DNA from: Microthyrium microscopicum
Taxonomy: Eukaryota
Direction: 5' to 3'
DNA: 64,000 nt
Assembly (NCBI GenBank): GCA_010405405.1
Contig: MU004239.1
Coordinates: 868,001-932,000, forward strand
The notes beneath the pieces were generated by a model. That model worked only from the letters and a program-made list of their open reading frames with translations. It was not told where the DNA came from and did no database searches. Below are positions 10,313 to 22,200 of this stretch, in pieces. Position 1 is the stretch's first letter. Each line of letters opens with the position of its first letter. The translations under genes were made by a program, and so were the position numbers.

Positions 10313-12968
10313 CTATTGATGTTGCTGCTGCGACATCTGTTGCTGACATATTTGTTGGTGTTGGTGTTGCGGTATCTGTTGGTTTGCAGATTTCGAGAGG
10401 CTTTCAGTAGTCTCATAGTGCATCGAAAGACCGATCCCCGAATCATCAAGTTCCAGATCAGTCTTCGGCTCATCATCTAGTTGGCGCATGAGTTGAGCCA
10501 TGCTGTCTTTTGACATTTGGGGCGCGCTCGTCGGTGGGTAGATGGGCATGCTTTGGTGTTGTTGTCCCATTTGTGCGTGTGCCATGTGCGATACGTTGGA
10601 CACCGGCCCACCTTGGAATCCCGCTTGGCCATTGCCAAAGCCGGCGCCGCCCGTCGTCGGGCCACCGAGATCAGATGGCGTGCTGCGGTACGAATTGGTG
10701 CCGGAGGGTCCGCCGGACATGCCGCCGTTGATGCCGGCGGCGAAACCAGAGTGTCCATTGGGCATGCTATCTTGCCGCACGGGGTGGTAGGGTGCCTCGC
10801 GTTCAAGGAAACCGCCGACGTGGACCAGCCAGAGAAGGAGTTCGTCGACGAAGCATTTTGTGAAGAGCCACGGAAGATAGCTCTCTCCAGACTGCATGAC
10901 CACATCGCGGACAATATAGCTCGTGACGCCCTGGACGTAGTGTACGAGATTTTGCGCGCTCACTGTTGGGAAGCGCTGTTTGAGGTCTTCCAAAAATCGG
11001 CAGATCTTCTCGAATTCAAAAGCAGCAGGTTGGGGTTGCGCGTTTTGTGTGTATGCTGCAATCTCGTAATGTGTGCCGACTTCGAGACCATGATCGATGG
11101 TCAGTGGGAGAAGGAGTTCGCGCATATCGTGCGTGAGGAGACGATACACCTCCTCGTCATATCCACAGTCCGGCAGGAAGGCGTTCATTATGCATTTGGG
11201 CTGCACATAACGCACCATCTCCTTCCACATGCGGTCGCGATTCGCTTGGTCGATGAGGACGATGCCGGCGTTGTGGGCGACATTGTTGACTCGCAGCATG
11301 CGATTCAGCAGTTGGCTGAAGATGGTTGCGGGCTCAAGTTTAGCGTCCAGTACGTGTTTTGGTAGTGCTGCAAAGGTTTTTGAGATGTGGCCATCCAGAA
11401 GCTGGGAAACCGTGTCGCAGAATTTAGAGACTTTTGCTGGGAGCACTTGGAGGGAGAGGGGTGCGATGGTTTTAATCATGGCTTGATACATTGTATAGTC
11501 GCATTCTTTGACCCATGGCGCTAGGTTTGGATGGTTGAGAAGTTTTTGAACGGGTACTGTCAACGTTCCGGAGAATTGCGTAAATAGACGAAAAAACATT
11601 TTCTCTTTGCAGAAGCGCACACAATCGACGAGAGAGGTTACATGACTGTGATAGAGAGTTGTTAACGCGTTGGCTGCGTCTATATCGGTTTTTGGTGGCG
11701 TGTATTGGAATATATCCGGTAATATTATATCCTCTGGTGGTTGATGTACAAATACGCGTGTTGTGGGGAATTTGAGGCGGCTATTGTAGGATCGGGTGCC
11801 GGTTGCTCGATGAGGTGCGTAGACAGGCTCCTGGGGAGAAGGAAATACTCGTCCTTCTACTTCCGGTAATGCAGGAGCTGTGGTTGTTGCTGGAGAACCC
11901 ATGGATTGATCGTCTCCTGGGATGACTGCTGAATCTGGTTCAAATCTAGGAATATTGCTAAACAAGTCAGATTATGGGATATATGAGATATTGTTAACTT
12001 ACTCTAGGGCCAACGAGTTGCGATAAGAATGTGTTTGACTTGGTTTGCGACCTTGGTTTGCACCAGATTCTGTCATGTCTTCGGCAAGTGACAGATCAAC
12101 GTAATGATACTTTGATTCCCCTCGTACTCCCAGTCTTCGAGTTTGAATATCTGGGAAGATGACGCGCACCAGTTTACCAAAGGAAGCTGGGTTCAGAGGT
12201 TGTAGATGATGTTTGGCGCATCTTCCAGCATATTGTGTGTGGACTCGAGTTCTTGGTACAGATCCTTTGGCTTTTATCAAATTACGTTCCAACCTGTGAT
12301 GTGTTAGTATAAATCATTGGTTCAAGTCTAAAGGCTTACCAAAGCATGGCAAAAAGCTGTTTTGTCTTTTCCGCAGATGAAGTCTTTTCGTTGGCTTGTA
12401 CTTCGGCAGCCAAATCGTCCAAAGATCGCCCTCGATTATTTTGAAGCATGGCTTTTAGCTCACTTTCGTTTGGACCTGTTGATTGGCGAGGTTTTCGAGC
12501 TTCGAGTTCGATATGTTGCATTCCGTTTTGCATTCCATTTTGCATGATATGTTGTTGAGGATGACCAGTGAAACTATACTCCATCTGGTTGTTGTCGTAA
12601 GGAATTGGCTGAGCGGTCTGGAAATATCCTGTTTGTGGCTCACGGGGTACGTGATGTTGAGGATGAACGGGTAGTTGATTGTTGTGGTTTACATGTACGT
12701 CCACAGGCGTTTGCGAAAGTTCTCGCGAATTTTCTTCTTGAAGCATTCTAGCCATTCCAGATGTATCCATGGCCAGAAGATGCGACTCGTCTATTTGATG
12801 CGACAGTTGAGATTGCGGAACAGTTCTCGGCGGCGGATAGGGAGCTCCGGGTTCTTGCATGGACATGCGCGATTGATATGAATGCAGACTAGCAGTAGAA
12901 TTTGATGAATGGGGTCTCACGGGAGCAGCGGTGTTTGACCGTGACCGCGAACGGCGTTGAGCGGGCAT
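10313..12968 (-). CDS. RFX1: RFX winged-helix transcription factor (Crt1/Sak1/CpcR1 family); 3 coding exons ~12968-12340, 12293-12003, 11957-10313
   Basis: RFX DNA-binding domain (FAMLWLERN...SVPRTRV..QY..RC...LQPLNPASFGKLVRVIFPDIQTRRLGVRGESKYHY) followed by the fungal RFX C-terminal/dimerisation region. Confidence 0.92.
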
Positions 12969-14220
12969 GATGAAGTGGTTGCTATGCAATATTTACACTG
13001 TCAACACAGCGTTTTGGAGGTGCAAAATGCGGCGCAAATGCTGAAAGCACACAAGATGCAAATAGAAAGAGTAGTAATGAATGATTACGACAATTTCAGC
13101 CCAAGTAATAATGGTACGTGTGTGATTTTTTGGTAGGGTGTTGTTGGTGGTTAGATTTTGGAACGGGTAACCGTGGAGATGTTTTGAGGTTGCAACAAGC
13201 GGGGGCAACGGAGAGGAACAGCGATGGAAATGGGTGCTAGGAGAAGCGATGGAGAAAGTAAAGGCATGCGAAGCCAAAGAAGAGACGAAATAATTGAGTA
13301 TAGGAGGATTTGTTGTTGTATTGGGTGTATTGTTGGGGTGAGAGAAGGGCGTTGTTGGTGATGGGGAATTGAGTGTTTACTTTGAAGAGCCCGGCGGTGT
13401 TGCTTCCCAAACAAGAGACGCTGAGAATCCTGTGTTTTGGTGCAGAGGCCATGCTTGGACCACCCACTCACTCAACAAGAGAAGGACCCACCCCTGCCGA
13501 CTGCCCGACACTAGTCCTTCAGCCAATGAGATAGTCAAACGCGCTTATATCAGCAATAGAAAATTGGTTTTGCTGGCAAGAGCTCTCGGCCCTTGTCGGA
13601 AGTTAATGAACTTTCGCTAACAAAGTCACAGCAAATATTGGAACTTGCGCGCTTCTCTACAACAACAAGTATCTCTGGGTGTCATTTTATTTCTGAAGTA
13701 GACAATATCCGGCATCTGTAAACACGCCAAGTTTAGTCAATATTTCCTATTCTTCTTGAGTGAGTGCAGATTATGCTATGCGACGATGCGACATCTACAC
13801 TTTTGATTTGGCTTGGCGCTTGGTGTTTGACACATGAAAAATAACATTCTGCTGAGTCAATGGCAAGCTGGCTGTTATCTTGCGCGTATTCTATTCTTCG
13901 CTCAATCATTGGCTCTGAAGAATAGTCTAGCTATATTGAGACAAGCTTTACTTACTTGCATGGGCGCTCTTGCTGTGAGTGCGTCATCTGGACAGGGATG
14001 TTAGAACAAACAAGCAGGAGCTCCTGCCTTGTGCGTGGGTGGTTACTGACTTGACTACAGACGTGACTGCTCCACCTGTTCTCTGTCTCAATCTGCCTTT
14101 ATCATCTATCTCCATCCATCCATATTCTCCCAGACTTTCCATCTACCATCCCCTTATCGCCAAAAACAACTGCAATTCCATCTACTAAAAACTTTTCCAC
14201 ACTTTCTCCATACCACAACC

Positions 14221-15166
14221 ATGTCTCTCCAAGAAAAGGCTCAAAACCATATCGGTCAGCTCGATAAGGAGGTACGTTCTTAAAATTTCCATGTCCCGGG
14301 CGCATCTTGCTATGATCAGGTATTGGATTGCATCGCGGTTCATTTACCGCGATATAGCTACTCATCAAACGCGGCACAATTCCCTTGCATTCTTTGTCTA
14401 CCGCTCCAAGCGATGTATCTTTGCATGTCGATGCCAAGTGTGCCGCAACCGCCTTGATCCTACACATGTGTCCCAACCAGGCAACAATATCATCATTTAC
14501 TAACCCTACAATCAGCTCAGCAAATACTCCTATCTTAACGAATTCGAGAAGCAAACCGGAGTCCAAAAGGTCTATGTTGTTCTAGGCTTTGGCGCTCTCT
14601 ACTTCTTCCTCATCTTCTTCAACGTTGCCGCCGAATTCCTTGTCAATACCATTGGCTTTGCTCTTCCAGCCTATTATTCTCTACATGCTCTCTTCACCGC
14701 GGGCACTGCCGATGATACCCAATGGCTCACAGTAAGATATGATGCGCTTCCTGATTCAGGATGATGATGCTGACTTGGCCTCTAGTACTGGGTGGTCTAT
14801 GCTTTCTTGACGTGGGTCTGATCATATCCTTTTGGTACAACACAAGCCTAACCATTATATCTAGCGTATTTGAGAGTGGTATCAACGCTGTCTACTGGTT
14901 CCGTATGTTCCGCGCTACTTCGATTCCTGTTTCTGGTTCTGACCTTTGATAGCATTCTACTACACCTTCAAGTTCGTCCTCGTTCTCTGGATGGCTCTTC
15001 CCCAAACCAGGTATGCAACACCAAACCGTACGATGAAAGTATACTAACAATGACTAGCGGTGCTCAAATCGTCTTCCGATCCTTCCTCGAGCCCGTCTTC
15101 GCCAAGTACTTCACCCACACCGGTACCTCCGCCAACTTGAAGGCCCAGGCTGCCAAGACCGAATAA
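14221..15166 (+). CDS. YOP1: ER membrane-shaping protein Yop1 (TB2/DP1/HVA22 family), multi-exon
   Basis: The spliced product contains LDKELSKY..LNEFEKQTGVQKVY...PAYYSL.AL...DDTQWLTYWVVYA...YWFPFYYTFKF...WMALPQT.GAQIVFRSFL. Confidence 0.93.
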
Positions 15167-15822
15167 ATGGGTCCAACTCATCATTCTCCCACCCTTTTTC
15201 CCAAAACTCTTCCTCGATACATTCGTGCGTTGGGTCTTTTTTGACATGTGAAATTGCGAGACGAAATGACTGGGAAACTCTGATATAGCTACGAACGGGG
15301 ATTTATTGGGAAAGCGCGGTCTCACGTCAAGGCGTTCGGATTGAATTCTCGCGCTTGGCCTATTTTCCTTGTCCTAGTCTCTATATCTGTCACAAACTTG
15401 TTGTATGAAAGGTTGACATTGGGCCAACAATGCGGGTCGCGATGCTTGGATGTGTGTGTTTTTTTCTTTCGGTTGTATAGATAATGAATTGAACTGGACA
15501 TTGGAGGTTTTTATATGCATACAATTAGCTCTTATGCTGTGAACCACGTTTTCCTAGCTTGAAGATCTGCAACTGAGCACAACAGAATACGATCGTTAGC
15601 TCGTCAATGCGGTGAGCAAACCAAAGCTACGCTAGGTGGGGGAGCTTCTCTCCTAAAACCTATATTTGGCAAGCACCAAAGAAAGCTCCATCTCAGCTCC
15701 AACTTCAGCCCCTGAAAATCTACCTCCATTCTCAATCTCACACCGCAATCCTCCCTTCACCATAAATATAACTCACCCTCCTCCCATACCTCCTCCCCTC
15801 TATACACTCCTCCACACAAACA

Positions 15823-16517
15823 ATGTCCTCCTCCTCCTCCTCCACCGACCCCCTCTTCTCCGCAACCCTCCTCCCCCCCACCGTCCAACGCGACCTACCC
15901 CCCGGCTACACCATCCGACCCCTCTGCGCCGCCGACTTCTCTGAAGGCTTTCTCGACGTCCTCCGCGTCCTCACTACTGTCGGCGATATCTCAGAACAGC
16001 AGTTTGCGGATCGATATGCGTATATGAAGAAACATAATGATGCTTATTTTTTGGTCGTTGTTGAGGATTCTGCAAGACCGCAGGGGATGAGGTGTGTGGG
16101 GACGGGGTGTTTGGTTGTGGAGCGGAAATTGTAAGTTTAAAGGAAAGGGGAGAGGACCCCTGGCGGGGAGGGGAGGGGAGAGTTATGAGGCTGATGGTTT
16201 GAATAGTATTCATGAATTAGGTCTCGTGGGCCATATTGAGGATATTGCGGTCGCGAAGGATCAGCAGGGGAAGAAGTTGGGGCTGCGGTTGATTCAGGCG
16301 CTTGATGGTGTGGCGGAGGCTGTGGGGTGCTATAAGGTATGTCGCCTTCACGAACCTGGAGAATGGGATGGTGGGGTGAGTGTGGTTGAGTGATGGTTTG
16401 ACTGATTTGATATCATAGACGATTCTGGATTGTTCGGATGCGAATGAGGGCTTTTATGTCAAGTGTGGGTATAAGAGGGCGGGACTGGAGATGGCGCATT
16501 ATTATAAGAAGGATTAG
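15823..16517 (+). CDS. GNA1: Glucosamine-6-phosphate N-acetyltransferase (GNAT), 3 exons
   Basis: LPPGYTIRPL...GFLDVLRVLTTVG...ERK|IHELGLVGHIEDIAVAKDQQGKKLGLRLIQAL...GCYK|TILDCSDANEGFYVKCGY. Confidence 0.95.
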
Positions 16518-16700
16518 AACCAGTGCGTAGGGGAGTGGAAGAGATGGGACGGGTCTATTGTATGGCGTTGATGAGATATAGAGGAATATCAAAAGGGATT
16601 GGACGACTATGATTATAGAGCATATGATTACAATCGATATACGGGTTAAGCCCGTCACGAATACTGTCACTGTGCAGTTTTGGGTTAACGTCTACTCTGT

Positions 16701-18850
16701 CTATATCGGCTCCGCTTCCATACGCGTATATGTAGTCCTGGAAGTATAATCCTTCGCTGGTCCCATTACTTCATGAACAATGGTAAACTCGTTCATCGTT
16801 GGAGTGCCATTGTCCTGTCTAAGCGTGAAGTTGTAGATAGAGTTATACATATCGTTGACGCAAGGATGTGACGCGCGTACCGTCACCACGTCCCCATCCT
16901 TTGTAGACTCACTATCCTCGGTTTTAAAGAGCAGTGGCTGGTATAAGTAGTCGATCTCCCCGATGCCGTCGTTCTCGGTGGGCTTGGTGAAGTAGATGTT
17001 TATCATGGGCTCTGAAGGCTCTGACTCCGGACTTTCCAATCTCCAGATCCAGCTCTTGGAAACGGGGAATGATTGCACGGAGTCCCTGAGGTGCAGAGTA
17101 CCGGTTTCAGTATAGAAGTACTGCGACCCAGCAACTTCATGGATTTCGCTGGTAGGTTGTGGTTTGAAAGAAGCTGTCCCAGATACCTGTCCAGCTGCCT
17201 GACTAGATGATGGAGCAGATTCTGGACTAGAACGGGTGTGGTTGACGAGGGCGCGTTGGAAGCTCCATTCGCCCTTTAGATTGGTGAAGATCTGAGCTGC
17301 TACCGTACTGTTTTTGGAGTCTGAAGGCACAGGTAAGGGCGTCTCAATACTTTCGTGAGCATTGCCTAGGACAAAGTCGTTGATAGATTGTAGTGTTGTG
17401 CGTGATGGAGATGCAGATGGCACACTGGTCATAATCCAGCTCAGTTTCTGGCGTATATATTGCTTCGTAAACGACTGGCGAAGCTTTGTACTCGGAGAAG
17501 CGCCTTGCAATCCAACCATTTGGGCATTGTCGTCCGTAAAGAGGCATAGGACTGCTAGTGCAACACCAGCTGACAAATCTTTGCCAGTCGGACAGCTGAT
17601 ATACAAGTGATTGAAGTTCGATTTCGAACGCAGAAAGGCTGGGAGCTTGGGAAGCTGTGAACGCAGATCTCTACTCCCCAGCTTCCCTTGTCGGCATGAG
17701 AGATGAAGATATCGTGACTTCAACTTTGAGCTGGCGAACTCCAGTGGTTTCGAACCGCAGTCAATCAGTAGGTCACTAGGTCCAAACTCGAGCTCCATTG
17801 CGCTTTGCTTCAATCCAATAAAGACCTGTGTCGTCGGGCTCACCAGCGAAAACCGGCCTCCTGCCGGTTTCCACTTCGCCTCTTCGGCCACATACTGCGC
17901 AATCCTATCCGGGAGTTCGGTCTCTGGGCATCCCATCAACTCTTCCCGATACTTCCAAAAGACTGGCGGTGTCAATCCGCGCGCCCAGCCTTCACTATCG
18001 TCCCCAGCGCCCTGAATATATCCACCCTCACTGCCTTCCCAGCCCTTGATATGCTTTGACGCTGTACAAAGCACGACTGGCACAAAGCCTTCTAGCCTTA
18101 CGCTCCCATTTTGAAGACTCTCATTTTGGAGAAATGAATCTCTTGTGACCCACATCGGCCTTAATGGCTCCTTTACTTGCTCTCGCAAACGCGTAAGATC
18201 AAGTTTTAACTCCAAAAACTGTCTCGCGAACCCATTCAATCTTTCCTCAATCTGCGAATGCTCAGACCGTGAAACAGCATCTGGCGGCGTATATAACGCA
18301 TGCGCGTCCACGTTCTCTGGGAACAGCGCTCGATTTAGAACAGCACACCAAATGGGCACAGTCTTGCTCAAAGCATCGGGCATCACTACTACCCCATCAG
18401 CCTCCACCCCCATCAGATACCATTCAACTACTCACCTTTCCCCCGTCTCGTCGAATCAACAATAATACCCCTAACCCCATCATCAGCTTCACTCCCACTC
18501 CTTCATCCATAAAATCGTACTCACCCCTTCGCATCCCCCAAAATCCCCAACAAATCCAAATTCAGCCGTCGCAAACTAAACGCCCACTGCCCCATATGGC
18601 CATCCGTACTTTTGAAATACGCGCTCCCGACTTTACGATCTGGCGGGATATACCAGCTGCCGCAACGCTCATTAGCAATAAGTGGTAATCCATAGCTGCT
18701 CGATAAAGCGCAGACGAACTCTGCATCAGAGATGATGGAGCGCAGACGATTGGGGATGGAGAGCGTTGAGCGCTTGAGGGAGTTTAGTGTACTGGAGAAG
18801 TTTGATGCTGCGGAGGGGAATATTAGGTGGGATGTTGATGTTGAGCTCAT
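16701..18850 (-). CDS. RIT1: Initiator tRNA A64 2'-O-ribosylphosphate transferase with extra C-terminal beta-rich (DUF6314-like) domain; 3 exons
   Basis: Rit1 motifs NRLRSI..DA.FV, PLIANERCGSWYIPP, AYFKSTDGH.GQWAFS.RRLNL, IIVDSTRRGK.MPDALSKTVPIWCAVLN, YIQGAGDDSEGWA.GLTP, GKLGSRDLR, CPTGKDLS. Confidence 0.92.
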
Positions 18851-19274
18851 GGTGCTGAAATGAGTGGGAGGGAGGTGGTTGTTGAGAGATATGAAAAATC
18901 GAGAGACGTTGATGACGGTTATAAAGTTGTGGGATGTGGTTGGTTGGGAGTTCGAGCACTTATATAGTTTTGCGTACTAGAGCTTGGAATTCGGTATGCA
19001 GAAAATTCTAGGCTTTCCATCTAAGGATGGCTATCAAGCCTATTAAGATGGTACCGATATTTATGAAGCTTAAGCCGTGTTATTAGAACTGTTAGAACTC
19101 AGTGCGAGAAAGTTGAGTAAGGTTGATGAACGATGAGTTTAGGTTGCATGTAAAATTGATTCTGGCAAGCTAAAGCAGAACCAATCCAAGTTCACTCGAT
19201 CTTAAACTCCTTGGGGTATCTATCCAAACATCAAAATATACAGCGCGCTACAATACATCCTAATCAAACATCAA

Positions 19275-22200
19275 TCACCAGTTTTGTAACATCTCCTGCG
19301 CACACTCACACCCAAATCCCACATACACCACATCATCTCCTTGAAATTTAATCCTCGACTCGATACATTCCGTATGCGCAATATGAGCACCAGTATGACA
19401 AAAACCATACAAGCCATGGACTCTTTCCAAGCAAATCTCGCACGAACGCAGTTTTACACGCACATCTTTATCTCCCTGTGATTTATCTCCAAGTGATTTT
19501 TCATCATAGCCTTTCCGAGCATAATTAGTAGCGCGATGCCAGAGGGATGATTGATTGGCCTGCGATGTGTCAAACTTCTCCGGAATCTGGCCCGCGCTTG
19601 AATGTTGGCTTGAGCTTGAATTCTGGCTCAGCAGTTCCTGGAAATTCGCTTGCGAGCTGCTATGTGTCAAGCGGGTGGTGATGCCACCATGGCCATGAGT
19701 CTGAAAGAGCTGTGGCTGCGGAACAAAGGGCGCAGCAGTTGGGTCTAGCGCGCGCGGAGCACCAGACGTGTCAAGAGAGTTGCCACTTTCTGCAGAAAGA
19801 CTGCGAGCAAATCGAGGTGTAGATGATGGTTTGAGAAAGTCGGAAGCGGGGGAATCAGCAAAGTGCACGACACTATGGTGCACTGGCAAATCCCAGCGTT
19901 CTTCAAGGTTGATTTCGTTGGGCCAATATGGCGTGAGGCCATTGAACTTCAGAATCTCAGCCTGGGCGATATGCAGCTGCCAACGCCCAAGAAGGTGGGC
20001 ATATGATGTGCGATAGCGGACATAATCACCAGACTCGGTGGGGTCCAGTAATGGCTTACTGGCATATCCTTCATCATCGAAGCGGTGCTGGTTCTTCAAC
20101 GTGACTTTGATGGTAGGTGTAAGGGCTTTTGCGTTATCGAACATTGTTGGTACTTCTTCATCATCATCTGTTAGCTCGTCTGAGTCCTCGTCTGATGAGT
20201 AATGCTGAGTATCAAACGTGGCGAAGCTTGCAGTTCTTGCGTTTGAACGCCGCCTAAGAATCGGAGAACTCGGGCTGCTACCGTAGGAAGTATTAAGGCC
20301 CAAAGTAAATGCACTGTTCGGAGCAGAGGTTGACAAATCCGCTTCTGTCATCCGCTTGACAGGTGGTGACGACGACATGTTGATAGTGAATGGTCTAGAG
20401 AACGAAGCGAAAGCGGTCGATAAGCTCGAATTAGAGCGACGCGAAATCCTATTGTTTGGCTCCGGTGAGGTCGAAAGACTACTGCCAATTGTATCTTGGC
20501 GAGACAATGGGGGCGTGTGACCACCTGTATATGGAGTTGGAGGATGTGTAGGTAAATCGCCTATCCAAGGGCCATTGGAAGAGCCCAAAGAACCAAATGT
20601 TGTATGTTGGCGACCAAAATAATCAGTGTACTGGGACGGTGTTGGCGTAGCTAATTTGGCATTGAGACGACGCTCTTGAAATTGACTCCAAGCAACTTCT
20701 GTTGATGGAAAGTAATCCAACGAGAATGCAGGAGCTTTGACAGCGATTGGAAGATCTTCGGACTCAAGAGCAAGAAGTGCACTATTTATTCCTTCTTGAG
20801 CTGCTGGCTCGCAAAAGACGCAAGAAAGCATTGCCAACATTTGAATATCAGCCTGAAGCTCGTAATGCTCAAACAGCTTGGGTATCAGCCATGCACTTGC
20901 AAATGGATGGTTACCCCATTTGACTCGGCCTTTCAGTTTAGCATTAGCAACCGTATCTGGTTCGTCAAATCCAAGATCCAAGCCACTATCTTTTCGCTTG
21001 ATTCTGACAACATTTCGTCGAGCCAGGACCAGGATCGGATCATTACGCCGATGCTGGTCGAGCTCTTCAAGGGGAACATCGTCGTAGAGTATTTCCCGGC
21101 ATAATACCCATACGGCGGATAAAGTCGGCAATCCCAGGCGTAATGCAACTTCAGAATTGTGCTGACATACTTTTGGGCCATCACCAAACATTTGGTACTC
21201 TTCAGCAAGAGCTCGTTTCGCAGGCAATATATCAGAAAAGTCATGGATAGAGATGATGGCTTTCTCCTTCGAGAAGTCTGCCTTTCTCGTCACCCCTCCG
21301 CTTGAGTGCGACGATGGTTTCTGCAGGCTCCGAAGCATACTAGGTCGCCAAGCCATGGGTACTTTGAAATGATCTGGCAGCTTGCCAATGTCTTCAGAGT
21401 CATCAGAACTACTTGAGGATGAGGTGTCGGTCCATGATCCAGTAGACTTGTCCTCATCGTCATCGGAGAGACCCGAGCGATCTTTTGGATCGACCGATTC
21501 TTCTCGCAAATGGCCAAATCCTTCAAATTGCTTTGGAAGTCTTCTGCCACGATCTGCCATACGGATAGCGTCAAGGCTGAAAGCTGGAGGTGGTAGAGCT
21601 TTGGGAGGGAAGAAGCATACCAATCGACCATCTCCCGACCAGACAGCGCCGCATCGTGCGGGAAGTGGCAGGCTTTGCCCTGTGAGAATGGTACCACTAG
21701 CTTCTAGATCTTCTTCAGCTCCTAGGCCGTCTTCGTCATCACTAGATAGTTCCTCCGCGGGAGATGTAAAAGGTCCATCGGGGCCATCTGCGAGGAACAT
21801 TACGCTCTCAGAGAGGTCCTTTTCCCCGAGCAAATAAGTGATGACTGCTTCGAGGCACCCGCGACCTCGGGACTGATAATGATCTGCAATTGCCCAGACC
21901 TCTTCATATAGCTTTTGCATTATAATATCGGCGACTGCTGATGTGGATTTGTCAATCTGTATTCGTGGTGTTGAATGTTGCGGGTAGTCTTGAGGGAATT
22001 CAAAGTGAACTCGAAAAAACTCTGATTTGTCGTCCTGACCCCAGGGACCATGAAGAGTCACGACTGCAACACGCTCATGAACCTCTGCTTTTTCAAACTT
22101 GACTTTTCGGTACCGTTTACCTGCCTCCTTGAACTCTTCGCTGAGAGGTTCAGGAGTGTCGACATGAATACGGGAGCCTCGATGATCGTCGGACACACGG

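Noticed and set aside
10517..11365. 282-aa plus-strand ORF
   Set aside because: Antisense shadow of the GC-rich RFX1 coding exon, with no independent motifs.
12979..13412. X-box-like sequences upstream of RFX1 (autoregulation)
   Set aside because: Only half-site or mismatched matches (GTTGCTATGCAAT, GTTGCTTCCCAAAC), which are too weak.
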